A DNA stretch of 64,000 bases from a virus, in IMG/VR virus record IMGVR_UViG_3300034759_000344, positions 1-64,000 of that record. One strand, 5' to 3'. A program made the position numbers and the translations under genes. This document shows positions 37,483-46,593 of this stretch, one piece after another; position 1 is the stretch's first letter; the number at the start of each line of letters is the position of its first letter. The notes beneath the pieces were generated by a model. The model worked only from the letters and a program-made list of their open reading frames with translations, did no database searches and was not told where the DNA came from.

Positions 37483-40087
37483 ATGTGAAAAGTGCCCTCT
37501 GCAGGGCAAAACCAAAGTCGTCAGGAAGGACTACGGAAAGGATGTAAAGGTTTTGATAGTGGGAGAAGCTCCAGGAGTGGAGGAAGAAATACAGGGAGAA
37601 CCCTTCATAGGTAGAGCCGGACAGCTGCTAAGGGAGGTACTCCAGGAAATTGGAATAGACATAAACAGTGTAAGCATCACCAACACCTGCCTTTGCCGCC
37701 CCTCCGATGCTAACGGTAAAAACCGACCTCCCACTCCCGAAGAAATAGAGTGCTGTAAAAGCCGCCTGCTTGATGAGGTAAGAACCTCTCCAGCAAGAAT
37801 AGTGCTTCTTTTGGGTAATGTAGCATTAAGGGCGGTACTCGGAAAAAACGGAATCAAAAAGCACGCTGGCTACGATATATACGACCAGGATCTCAAGAAG
37901 TGGATCATTGTAACCTACCACCCAGCAGCAGTACTCCGTAACTATAACCTGCTTTCAGCTTTCAAATCCCACATCAGCAAAGTCAAAAAGTATTTAAACG
38001 CTGAAAAGGATACCACAGAATACGCAGTAGTCCACAATCTGGAAGACTTCCTTTACTACTACGGAATACTTAACCAAAGTACGGTGATTGCTTACGACAT
38101 AGAAACCAACCAGCAGCTGTCACCATTTTCTGAAGAAGCAGTTATCACCACCATAGCTTTCTCCTGGGATAAAGGCAAAGTAGTATGTATACCTTTAAAC
38201 TACCAGGAAGCTAAATACACTCCAGAAGAAATAGCTAAACTGAAAAGAAAGAAACAGCAGGAACTCAGGAAGCAGGGACTTCCAGCGGAGGAAAGGAAAA
38301 AGATAGCTGATGAATACGAATACCAGCTGCTTAACGAAAAGAAGGGGGAGCCTTACCTTTCCCAAGAACTGGTAAACAGGCATATCATACCAAGACTGCA
38401 CAACTTGTTCTCCAAAAAGGACGTAATATTTGTGGCCCACAACGCTATGTTTGACGCCCTGTGGCTTAACGTAAAATACGGAATTCCCTGCAGAATGGAC
38501 TTTGATACCAAAATAGCCGGGTTTATGATTAATGAAAACGACCGCAACAATCTAAAGTACTTAGCATCTCTTTACACCGATATGGTAGAGTATGAGGCTC
38601 CTATGGAAGTTTTCGGCAAATACCAGTTCCTGCTGGCCACTCCTGAGGTGTTTTTCAGGTACAACTGCTCGGATGCCGATGCTACCTACCGCCTCTATCT
38701 GGTCTTAAAGCAGAAGCTAAAAGATGAAGGAGTTGAAAGAGCATATCAAATGGTGTTGAAATTTGCTGAATCACTATTGCAAATTCAAAGAATAGGGTTT
38801 AAAATAGACCAGAGGGGGTTGGATAGGTACATGGCCCGAATAGGAGAAAAACTCCTCGAAAAATTAGAAGAAATAAAAAACCGGCCGGAAGTAAAATCCT
38901 GGGAGTCCCGCAACCAGAAAGAGTTTCTTCCCCATTCCAGTCAGCACGTATCGGATATTCTGTTTAACTGCCTGGGTCTTACCCCTCATAAAACTACGGA
39001 GGCTGGAAACTACTCGGTAGACAAGGAAGTACTTAGCAAGCTGGCTGAGCAGCACCCGCTTCCCAAGCTCATAGATGAGTATAAAAAACTGCACAAGTTT
39101 TACACTTCATTTTTATGCAACCTCAAGAAAGCCAGTGCTTACGACGGCAGAATCCATACTTCCTTCAATCCGGTAGGTACCAAAACCGGACGCATCTCTT
39201 CTTCAGAGCCCAATCTGCAGAATATCCCGGCCCACGAAACCAAGGATATCAAGAAACTGTTCATCCCTACTTATCCGGATTGGTACATCATGCAGTTTGA
39301 CTACTCTCAAATGGAACTAAGGGTGCTGGCCTCTTTAGCCAACGAGGAAAAGATGATAGAAGACTTCAGGTCCGGAAAAGACATTCACCGGGCTACCGCT
39401 CAACGCGTCTTTAATACTGAAGAAGTAACCGATGAACAGCGCTCTTTTGCCAAAAGAATTAACTTCGGAATCGTATACGGCATGAGCGCCAAAGGTTTAG
39501 CAGAACTGCTGAATATACCGCTTGAAGAAGCTCAAGGTTTTATCAACGCCTATTTTGAAACTTACCCAAAAATAAAACAGTACATCAACGAGTACTGTTA
39601 CATGGTAAGAACTTACGGATACGTAACTACACCATTTGGAAGGAAAAGGAGGTTACCAGAAGTCATGTCCGGGAATCGAGGAGAAATTGCTTCCGCAGAA
39701 AGAAAAGCTATCAACGCTCCTATCCAGGCTACTGCCTCGGATATAACTCAAATAGCTATTTATAACATTCAAAAAATATTAAAAGCTCAGGGCCTCCAAG
39801 CACGAGTGGTGCTTACCGTTCACGATTCTATAGTACTTGAAGTTCCAGAAGAGGAGGTAAGAGAGGTGTACTACTTGGTAAAAGATATTATGGAAAACCT
39901 TCCCTTAGACTTCATGAAAGTTCCTTTGGTGGCGGATGCCGGCATCGGTAAAAATTATGGAGAGCTGGTGGACGTCGAAGGAGACATCCACCAGGCCTTA
40001 GAGGCGGTTCTCTCCTCCCCATCAACCTCGCCGCCAAGGACAGGGAAGTCAGAGAGTGAGGAGACAGAAAGGAGGAACCTCCAATGA
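37460..40087 (+). CDS. polA: family A DNA polymerase with N-terminal family-4 uracil-DNA glycosylase domain and 3'-5' exonuclease
   Basis: GEAPG..E, PFIGRAG, TYHPAA; DIET, HNAMFD; TGRISS..PNLQN, DYSQMELR, KRINFGIVYG, VHDS. Confidence 0.93.
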   Translation: MTSLQLLKCEKCPLQGKTKVVRKDYGKDVKVLIVGEAPGVEEEIQGEPFIGRAGQLLREVLQEIGIDINSVSITNTCLCRPSDANGKNRPPTPEEIECCKSRLLDEVRTSPARIVLLLGNVALRAVLGKNGIKKHAGYDIYDQDLKKWIIVTYHPAAVLRNYNLLSAFKSHISKVKKYLNAEKDTTEYAVVHNLEDFLYYYGILNQSTVIAYDIETNQQLSPFSEEAVITTIAFSWDKGKVVCIPLNYQEAKYTPEEIAKLKRKKQQELRKQGLPAEERKKIADEYEYQLLNEKKGEPYLSQELVNRHIIPRLHNLFSKKDVIFVAHNAMFDALWLNVKYGIPCRMDFDTKIAGFMINENDRNNLKYLASLYTDMVEYEAPMEVFGKYQFLLATPEVFFRYNCSDADATYRLYLVLKQKLKDEGVERAYQMVLKFAESLLQIQRIGFKIDQRGLDRYMARIGEKLLEKLEEIKNRPEVKSWESRNQKEFLPHSSQHVSDILFNCLGLTPHKTTEAGNYSVDKEVLSKLAEQHPLPKLIDEYKKLHKFYTSFLCNLKKASAYDGRIHTSFNPVGTKTGRISSSEPNLQNIPAHETKDIKKLFIPTYPDWYIMQFDYSQMELRVLASLANEEKMIEDFRSGKDIHRATAQRVFNTEEVTDEQRSFAKRINFGIVYGMSAKGLAELLNIPLEEAQGFINAYFETYPKIKQYINEYCYMVRTYGYVTTPFGRKRRLPEVMSGNRGEIASAERKAINAPIQATASDITQIAIYNIQKILKAQGLQARVVLTVHDSIVLEVPEEEVREVYYLVKDIMENLPLDFMKVPLVADAGIGKNYGELVDVEGDIHQALEAVLSSPSTSPPRTGKSESEETERRNLQ

Positions 40088-42027
40088 CAGATATTATTAT
40101 AAAAACAGCTCAAGCATTTGTCAATAGGGGATACCATGTAGTTCCAACAAAAAATAAGGCGGCAACCATCAAATGGGGGAACCTCCTGGAGAAAGAACCA
40201 TGTCTACCTCCTAATATAGAAGAGGAACTAGCTTTGGTACTCGGCGAGGATCTAATAGTACTGGACTTTGAAACGGAAGAAGTTTACCAGAAGTTCTTAA
40301 CCCTTTGTGAGGCATTTAAAATTGATTTAAACACCACCTGGCAGGTAAAAACTAAACGTGGATACCACATCTACTTCAAGAGCAGCATCATCTGTACCAA
40401 TCCAGTAAAACACTCTTCCGTTTGGGGGGAATTTGAACTAAGAACTGGAAAGCAGTACTGCCTCATACCACCTTCTAAAATAACTCAAACTGGAGCAGAA
40501 TATAAATGGATAGTTAAACCTAACTTCCTAGATAACTCTGAATGTGAAGAAGATAATCTAATGGAATTCCTAACTGTAAGACCAGTATACCGTCTATTCC
40601 TAGACTTACTAACTGAAAATAGTGCTGAGAAATCTGATACTGGTAATGAAAAAGGAATGGTAGGTGAAAGTTCTTCTTCTGTTTTTAACACAAATAAAGA
40701 GCAAAATATCTTTACTTGTGTTAAAAACAAAGACAACGTTCAACTTAAAAACAGTTTAGTGAGAGAGGAAGTTAGGTTGAACAACAACTCCAGTTTGTGT
40801 TTTAAGGCCTTTCAAGAGTTCTTTGGTATTGATGTGGATTCTAATATGGGAAGCTATATTCACTGTATCTTTAGAGATGAGACCAGACCTTCTACTAAGT
40901 TTACAGTTTTAGAGGACGGCCACATAGGTTATAGAGAGTATCACGGTACTGATGGTATTTACACTTATAAGTGGGAGACTGCTTTTTATGCTTTACTATA
41001 TGGAATCCCTCTTTGTGAGGTTAAGATAGAGGATAGAGAAGATTTTAGAGATAAGTTAAGCTTTATTATTAGGGGTTTAGAAGGTTATTTTAAGGATATG
41101 GAAGCTGAAAAGGGGAGCTATCGCAGGATTAAGCTTCTGGCTAAAATACTTTCTCATTTAAATTTGAGCGATGAGGACAGGGATTTGCTTATTGATGCCT
41201 GGAAAATGGTGGAATTGAGCTATCACGGAAGTGGAAGCCGGACGGTTTTTTGGCTTTCCTGCAGGGATTTAGCACGCATGCTTAGGTTGTATACTCCAGG
41301 TGGAAATTTGAATATATACAAAGCTAACCGCATACTTAACTTTTTCTGCATATTGGGATTGCTTAACAAAGTAGGGTGCACCAGCAGAACCCATGCTGAT
41401 GAATACGTATTTGGTGATGTTCGTGAAGGCGTAATTGAGAAGCTGGCTGGGTACAATACTTATTCTTTCTCTAAGGCAAAAGCAGCAAAGATTATAGGTG
41501 AGTATGAAGCAAGTTTGATATATAGAAGGAATTGTGTTAAAATAGATGATGTAGATATAAACGATGTATATACACATTTAGTAAGTAGAGAAAGAGGTGA
41601 GAGTGTTGGAGGAGAGAATTCCTGCGAAGAACTTGGAAGCTGTGGATCAGTCGCTGTCTGCACCGGAGGAGAAGACGATGGAGGAGGTGATGGAAGAGGA
41701 GGAGGAGATGCTGTCGGGGAAGGTAGCGTATTGCACGGTGAAGGAAGTGGCCGAGGAATTGAATATGAGCCCTTTGACGATAAGGAGCTATATTCGGAAT
41801 GGCAAGCTGCGTGCGAAGAAGATAGGAAAGTCATACTACGTTTCGGAGCAGGACTTGGAGAGGCTCAAAGAAATGCATCAGGTGGCAGGAAGAAAAAGAA
41901 AGGAAGAAAGGAGTTCACTGTCAGTATCCGCCCTAACCGATACCGAAAAATTTTACGAGGAGCCGCCGGGAAAGCCCACCCTTTTAAGGGTGGGATGAGA
42001 GGCGGCAAGGCCTGGCCTGGGCCCTGA
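40084..42027 (+). CDS. bifunctional primase-polymerase (Prim-Pol) domain replication protein
   Basis: GYHVVP, LIVLDFE, TKRGYHIYF, ELRTG..YCLIPPS; the last ~140 aa overlap the HTH gene and an IS derivative. Confidence 0.8.
   Translation: MTDIIIKTAQAFVNRGYHVVPTKNKAATIKWGNLLEKEPCLPPNIEEELALVLGEDLIVLDFETEEVYQKFLTLCEAFKIDLNTTWQVKTKRGYHIYFKSSIICTNPVKHSSVWGEFELRTGKQYCLIPPSKITQTGAEYKWIVKPNFLDNSECEEDNLMEFLTVRPVYRLFLDLLTENSAEKSDTGNEKGMVGESSSSVFNTNKEQNIFTCVKNKDNVQLKNSLVREEVRLNNNSSLCFKAFQEFFGIDVDSNMGSYIHCIFRDETRPSTKFTVLEDGHIGYREYHGTDGIYTYKWETAFYALLYGIPLCEVKIEDREDFRDKLSFIIRGLEGYFKDMEAEKGSYRRIKLLAKILSHLNLSDEDRDLLIDAWKMVELSYHGSGSRTVFWLSCRDLARMLRLYTPGGNLNIYKANRILNFFCILGLLNKVGCTSRTHADEYVFGDVREGVIEKLAGYNTYSFSKAKAAKIIGEYEASLIYRRNCVKIDDVDINDVYTHLVSRERGESVGGENSCEELGSCGSVAVCTGGEDDGGGDGRGGGDAVGEGSVLHGEGSGRGIEYEPFDDKELYSEWQAACEEDRKVILRFGAGLGEAQRNASGGRKKKKGRKEFTVSIRPNRYRKILRGAAGKAHPFKGGMRGGKAWPGP
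40680..40729. repeat. 21-bp inverted repeat inside Prim-Pol (candidate origin)
   Basis: TGTTTTTAACACAAATAAAGA-N8-TCTTTACTTGTGTTAAAAACA, 1 mismatch. Confidence 0.7.
41597..41998 (+). CDS. HTH_17/excisionase-like DNA-binding protein
   Basis: TVKEVAEELNMSPLTIRSYIRNGKLRAKKIGKSYYV; GAGG RBS; C-terminus replaced by the element. Confidence 0.75.
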   Translation: MRVLEERIPAKNLEAVDQSLSAPEEKTMEEVMEEEEEMLSGKVAYCTVKEVAEELNMSPLTIRSYIRNGKLRAKKIGKSYYVSEQDLERLKEMHQVAGRKRKEERSSLSVSALTDTEKFYEEPPGKPTLLRVG

Positions 42028-42172
42028 ACAGGCCGTAGGGCTGGACCGGCCCGAACTTAAGCCTTCGGAGAGAGAAGCCGCTGTGCGGGTGCTGGGGAGC
42101 AACCCCTACATCCGCGTAAGCTTTCCTCGGTGAAAGAGGAAGCCCACCCCTTTAGGGGTGGGAGGAGGTCAC
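41957..42172 (+). mobile_element. non-autonomous IS605-type element (left end, reRNA scaffold, right end)
   Basis: after TTAC; AAAGCCCACCCTTTTAAGGGTGGG left hairpin; GAAGCCCACCCCTTTAGGGGTGGG...GTCAC right end; GC-rich. Confidence 0.8.
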
Positions 42173-42315
42173 AGCTTTGGGATAAGCACCGAAAGCAGGC
42201 AGCTTCAGGTTCTCAATGATAGCTTTTCAGTTCTTGAATAAAAGTTTTTCGCAGCTTGAATAAAAATTTTACATAATGTAAATTATGGGAACTAAAAATT
42301 TTTTGGGATTACCTG

Positions 42316-42344
42316 TTGACACATGGGCATATAAGTTATAAAAT
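42316..42344 (+). promoter_or_regulatory. sigma70-type promoter
   Basis: TTGACA-N17-TAAAAT. Confidence 0.7.
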
Positions 42345-42346
42345 AT

Positions 42347-42514
42347 AATTGCTTCCTGGTTGTATCCCTCTGCAAGGCAGAGGTACCTATCCAACCCCAA
42401 GACAACCAGGAAGCAATTTACGGGGACGGAACAGCCCTTTGAGCGTGGGTAATCTGGTAACAGAAGTTACCTTGACCACGAAGCCACCACCTCTACAGGT
42501 GGTTGGTAGTTCAC
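42347..42514 (+). ncRNA. putative RNA: 17-bp stem followed by an orphan TnpB reRNA/right end
   Basis: AATTGCTTCCTGGTTGT/ACAACCAGGAAGCAATT IR; then GAAGCCACCACCTCTACAGGTGGTTGGTAGTTCAC, similar to the right end at 21702. Confidence 0.55.
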
Positions 42515-43017
42515 ACCTTTCTACCGTAAGAATCTATTAAGCGGTCAATAAGTTCCAGCTCTTCGGTGCTGTCTTCCTCTTCCTGAACATCCAGATCTTC
42601 TAGCATCTCTTCTTCCTCTTCTTCAAACTCTCCCTCGGCAGCTGCTATGTTCAGCTTCATATCGGAAAGATCTTCTATCCTGGATAAAGATACGAAAACA
42701 ACTACGTTTCCCTTTTTAGAAGATTTGGATTTTTTGTTTCTCAAGTATACGTATCTTAACACTCCCTCGGAAGCTAAAAGATCCAGATACTCGCTGATTC
42801 TGGGTATTTTGCGGAAAGGCAGCTCTTCTATAAACAGGTCATAGGTTGGAGGTTTACACACCACTTCTCTTTTGTAATTGATGCCTTCTGCATGTCTTAA
42901 AAGCTGGATCAGGAAAAGTTTAGCCGCACTCCATCCTTTGCGATAATCAGCAGAAGTATTCATTCTGCAGATAGCATTAACGATATCCGGTATGTTTAAC
43001 AGGTTACTTTCTGCCAT
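42511..43017 (-). CDS. hypothetical protein with acidic tail
   Basis: 168-aa ORF; stop TGA lies in the IS right end. Confidence 0.65.
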   Translation of the reverse strand: MAESNLLNIPDIVNAICRMNTSADYRKGWSAAKLFLIQLLRHAEGINYKREVVCKPPTYDLFIEELPFRKIPRISEYLDLLASEGVLRYVYLRNKKSKSSKKGNVVVFVSLSRIEDLSDMKLNIAAAEGEFEEEEEEMLEDLDVQEEEDSTEELELIDRLIDSYGRKV

Positions 43018-43582
43018 AGCGGTTCACCTTAGCTTGGTTCAGTATTTTACGCAAATCAGTATCCATTTTACTTTCTTTGATAATTAGTTCCGGTATGGAA
43101 AGAAAAGCACGATTTTCTATAAGTAGGACGGCATTGTTAATATTGTATTCCAGATCCCCGAAGATTAGCTTGGTGGCGTGGGGTGTGGAAACGACTTGTA
43201 GGTTTACCGCTAAATGGTCGTTACCGCTGGATAGGATGCTTACTTCCGGAAATAGGCTTTGTTCCAATACGTTGAGCCAGCGGGTGTAGGATATGTAGTT
43301 CTTTAAATACTTTCGAAGCAGGATACTGCGCCTGATCATCAGGAAATTATTGAGGTGCAAAGTTAAGTTTTCATCTTTTCTCTTTTTAGAGAAGTTTATC
43401 ACTTGTTCTATAGATTGAGCTATACTAATAGTTCGCTTACTTTTAGTAAGTTCGCTTAGTATGTACTGGCTTATGTAGCACAGCTCGGTCTTTTCATGGT
43501 ACAAGATGTGGGGAATCACCCCTATCCACTTTACCTTCTCCTTAGGCATTGGTGCTTGGTGGTATTTTATTTTTATGAACAT
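43004..43582 (-). CDS. hypothetical protein
   Basis: 192-aa ORF, AAGGAGG RBS. Confidence 0.65.
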   Translation of the reverse strand: MFIKIKYHQAPMPKEKVKWIGVIPHILYHEKTELCYISQYILSELTKSKRTISIAQSIEQVINFSKKRKDENLTLHLNNFLMIRRSILLRKYLKNYISYTRWLNVLEQSLFPEVSILSSGNDHLAVNLQVVSTPHATKLIFGDLEYNINNAVLLIENRAFLSIPELIIKESKMDTDLRKILNQAKVNRYGRK

Positions 43583-43594
43583 ACCCTTCCTCCT

Positions 43595-44437
43595 TTACAG
43601 TTCACAGGTTTTGATTTCGATTCTTCCTCGGTACTGCCTTTTAGGACCGTAAGGGCTTTCAGTTCCGTAAAAAGTTATTTCATTCATACATTGTGCAGGG
43701 GGTGGATAGCCATGCTTTCTGGCATATCCACCGTAATTCAGGAAGGAGGGAGTGAGTACTATAAATTGTGATTTCTCAATTACGTTGAGGTTGCGAAGAT
43801 CTGGAAGGTGATAACTGGTAGTAATTACCTGGGAAGTGTGCAGGTGGGAGACTACTACCACATCGGCCAGTATGGTTCTTCCGAACCTTTCCATCATGTT
43901 GGATTTGGCTCCAGCGGTTCTTCCTCCCCCGTATCCATGTGTTTGGTACAGAGTGTACACAAAAGGTTTTTTATTGTAACTTTTTGACCCTACTCTTACC
44001 ACATGCAATATGGATACTGGATTGAAAGGTACTCCCAGTATGTAGGCAATCTCTTTTCCGTAGTCGTGGCCGTCGCTGCGCTTGTCGTGGTTTCCGGATA
44101 CAACTCCTAATATCTGGTCTTTAATAGGCTTCAGGTACTCTAAAGCTACATCCACTTGTTGGTCTGGTGAGGTGTACTTGAGCTGGTAGATGTCTCCCTT
44201 TGAAGTTCTGGTAACACATTCAACAATGTCTCCATTGATGAGTACTAGGTTGCCGGTTTCCTTGATGTAGCCGATGACTCTTTGCAGCATCTTTTCGTCG
44301 CACAGTGGGCTTCCAATGTGGATATCAGAGAGGACGTTAATAGTGAGTAGCTCTTTATCAGGGAAATCCCAGCGAAGTATTTCGATGGATGTGTCCAACG
44401 TCTTCTTTGACACTTCCTGCATATTCCCCCCTTCCAT
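43595..44437 (-). CDS. calcineurin-like metallophosphoesterase
   Basis: SDIHIG, NGD, SGNHD, THG, SHLH. Confidence 0.85.
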   Translation of the reverse strand: MEGGNMQEVSKKTLDTSIEILRWDFPDKELLTINVLSDIHIGSPLCDEKMLQRVIGYIKETGNLVLINGDIVECVTRTSKGDIYQLKYTSPDQQVDVALEYLKPIKDQILGVVSGNHDKRSDGHDYGKEIAYILGVPFNPVSILHVVRVGSKSYNKKPFVYTLYQTHGYGGGRTAGAKSNMMERFGRTILADVVVVSHLHTSQVITTSYHLPDLRNLNVIEKSQFIVLTPSFLNYGGYARKHGYPPPAQCMNEITFYGTESPYGPKRQYRGRIEIKTCEL

Positions 44438-44440
44438 TAT

Positions 44441-44461
44441 CTAAACTATGTTATAGTTGAA
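44441..44461. promoter_or_regulatory. palindromic operator-like site
   Basis: CTAAACTA-TGTTA-TAGTTGAA. Confidence 0.55.
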
Positions 44462-44469
44462 CGGGCCTT

Positions 44470-44501
44470 AACAAAAGAAAAGGGAGCCTTTCAGCTCCCT
44501 G
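44470..44501 (-). terminator. intrinsic terminator
   Basis: AGGGAGC-TGAAAG-GCTCCCT followed by TTTCTTTTG on the - strand. Confidence 0.75.
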
Positions 44502-44535
44502 CATTCAACTATTTAGTTATAGAAACTCTAATTAT

Positions 44536-44564
44536 ATTATATGTGTAAACAGTCATTTTGTCAA
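44536..44564 (-). promoter_or_regulatory. consensus sigma70 promoter
   Basis: TTGACA-N17-TATAAT on the - strand. Confidence 0.8.
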
Positions 44565-44706
44565 CAGTATTTTAACTTATCTAATTTCTCGTCCGTTTCC
44601 CATTGCTTCCTTTTGATGTGTTCAAGGTCATTTTTTAGAACAGCAAGTGTTATTCTCCCGTTGTTGTTCTCAGCCATCGCCACACCCCCTAATACAAGCA
44701 GGATAG

Positions 44707-45111
44707 CTATCCAAGCAGTTTTTCCAGCACAGCTTCAAAGATTTTTTGGTCAGCATACTGCCAGGTAAGTTGGTCTACGTGCTGATTGGCTATGACAAGT
44801 ACATTGTCTTTGGTCATGGGGATAATTCCTGCTTGGAATGGATCATGTGGCTGAAGGTATAGAAGTTTTCCATCCACATACACGAGATATACTTCACCAT
44901 CATCTGGAACGTCTTCACGAGCAACGATTTTTTCTGGTGGAACACCGTTGATAGGAGTTTGTTTATCCCAAATCTCAATTCTAAAGCGAGAACGCTCCTG
45001 CTCAAATATGGCTTGCTGATCTACTTGAGACAAAGCAGTTTCGATTTCAGATAGAGTTTTAGTTATTCCAACTTCATTTAAACGTTGCCAAACTTGAAGC
45101 TCAGTTAACAT
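44707..45111 (-). CDS. hypothetical protein (possible fibre chaperone)
   Basis: follows the Kelch protein; RBS. Confidence 0.65.
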   Translation of the reverse strand: MLTELQVWQRLNEVGITKTLSEIETALSQVDQQAIFEQERSRFRIEIWDKQTPINGVPPEKIVAREDVPDDGEVYLVYVDGKLLYLQPHDPFQAGIIPMTKDNVLVIANQHVDQLTWQYADQKIFEAVLEKLLG

Positions 45112-45135
45112 AGTTTCACTTCCTTTCGATATTCT

Positions 45136-46110
45136 TTATGCTTTAATGGACAGATAAGATAACAAGGTATTTAACCCTACAATAATAGAAGAAGTGATAT
45201 ATTCTTCATTAACACTAAGATAGTTACTACCGTAGCCACCTATAGCATAGATTTGATTTTTAACAGGTGATACTGCTACTAACCCCCCTCTTGCAGTAGG
45301 CATTGAGGGTTTTGAAGACCATGTATTGGTATCAGAATCATACACTTCATTAGTGGAAAGATTTCCCGGATTTATGCCACCTATGGCATAGACTTTACCG
45401 TCTCTTGGGGATGTTGCGGCAAGAACATTCCTTGCGGTAGGCATTGGAGCTTTTGTAGTCCAAGTATTAGTATAAGGGTCGTATTCTTCATTAGTAGCAA
45501 GATATGAGCCGTTATAACCACCTATGGCATAGATTTTACCATTTCCTGGTGACGCAGCTGCCAAAGCATTCCTTGCGGTGGGCATATTTGCTTTAGCAGT
45601 CCACGTGTTGGTATCAGGATCATATTCTTCATTAGTGGAAAGGTAAACACTGTTATAACCACCTATGGCATAGACTTTATTGTTCACCGCTTCTGCAGCA
45701 AAAAATGACCGCACAGTGGACATATTTGCTTTAGCAGTCCACGTGTTGGTATCAGGATCATATTCTTCATTAGTGGAAAGGTTTGGGGTGCCACTATTTC
45801 TTCCTCCGATAACATAAACTTTACCATTTCCTGGTGATACAGCTACTGCACCTTCTCGAGCAGTAGGCATTGGAGCTTTAGTAGTCCAAGTATTAGTATA
45901 AGGGTCGTATTCTTCATTAGTAGCAAGATATGAGCCGTTATAACCACCTATGGCATAGATTTTACCATTTCCTGGTGACGCAGCTGCCAAGTATCTTCTT
46001 GCGGTAGGCATTGGTGCTTCTGTGGTCCATCCCTCTCCCACACTTTTCAATTTCTTAGCCAAGGCATATCCTATTACATCCATCGATGTTGTTTCTACCT
46101 CCTTTCCCAT
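45136..46110 (-). CDS. Kelch-repeat beta-propeller protein (putative receptor-binding)
   Basis: six repeats of MPTAR...GKIYAIGG...NEEYDP.TNTW. Confidence 0.85.
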   Translation of the reverse strand: MGKEVETTSMDVIGYALAKKLKSVGEGWTTEAPMPTARRYLAAASPGNGKIYAIGGYNGSYLATNEEYDPYTNTWTTKAPMPTAREGAVAVSPGNGKVYVIGGRNSGTPNLSTNEEYDPDTNTWTAKANMSTVRSFFAAEAVNNKVYAIGGYNSVYLSTNEEYDPDTNTWTAKANMPTARNALAAASPGNGKIYAIGGYNGSYLATNEEYDPYTNTWTTKAPMPTARNVLAATSPRDGKVYAIGGINPGNLSTNEVYDSDTNTWSSKPSMPTARGGLVAVSPVKNQIYAIGGYGSNYLSVNEEYITSSIIVGLNTLLSYLSIKA

Positions 46111-46128
46111 TACGGTCGAGGTGGTTGA

Positions 46129-46590
46129 TTACGATACACTCCTTGTTATAGAAGTTACGTTTCCGTTAGCATCGTAACTGAGTGTAGTAGTTATTGTCTG
46201 ACCTGCCACTTCCTCGGTTACCGTAGTGAGATTTCCGTTCGCATCATAAGTTAGGGTTGTGGTTTTCACAATTGTTTCTCCATTTTTTTCAACCACAGTA
46301 GACACGTTCCCACCGGCGTCGTAGGTTACTTCTGTTGTTCTGGTGTCAATCTGTTGGTTGAGAGCCATAAAAAGATTAACATCCTGGTTGCTACTTCCAA
46401 GTATGGCATAATCCCCGCCACCGCCTCCAGAAGGAGCGTCGATAAATTCCAGCCCGTCCTCAGTAGCCTTGACAGCAACAACCTTTCCACCAGCCCCAGT
46501 ATATGAGCTGGGAGTATCGGAAAGAGAAGCAAAGGAGGCAAGAATTTCTTTCAAATCTCCTGACGTTTCATCGAGGATTATCACTTTCAT
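46129..46590 (-). CDS. tail fibre-associated protein with YD-like repeats
   Basis: LSDTPSSY.G.GGK.V.V...DGLEF motif; TYDA.GN repeats. Confidence 0.7.
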   Translation of the reverse strand: MKVIILDETSGDLKEILASFASLSDTPSSYTGAGGKVVAVKATEDGLEFIDAPSGGGGGDYAILGSSNQDVNLFMALNQQIDTRTTEVTYDAGGNVSTVVEKNGETIVKTTTLTYDANGNLTTVTEEVAGQTITTTLSYDANGNVTSITRSVS

Positions 46591-46593
46591 CGC

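Noticed and set aside
25364-40087. Inteins or introns in NrdJ, RecA, helicases or PolA
   Set aside because: ORFs are continuous and of normal length with no splicing motifs.
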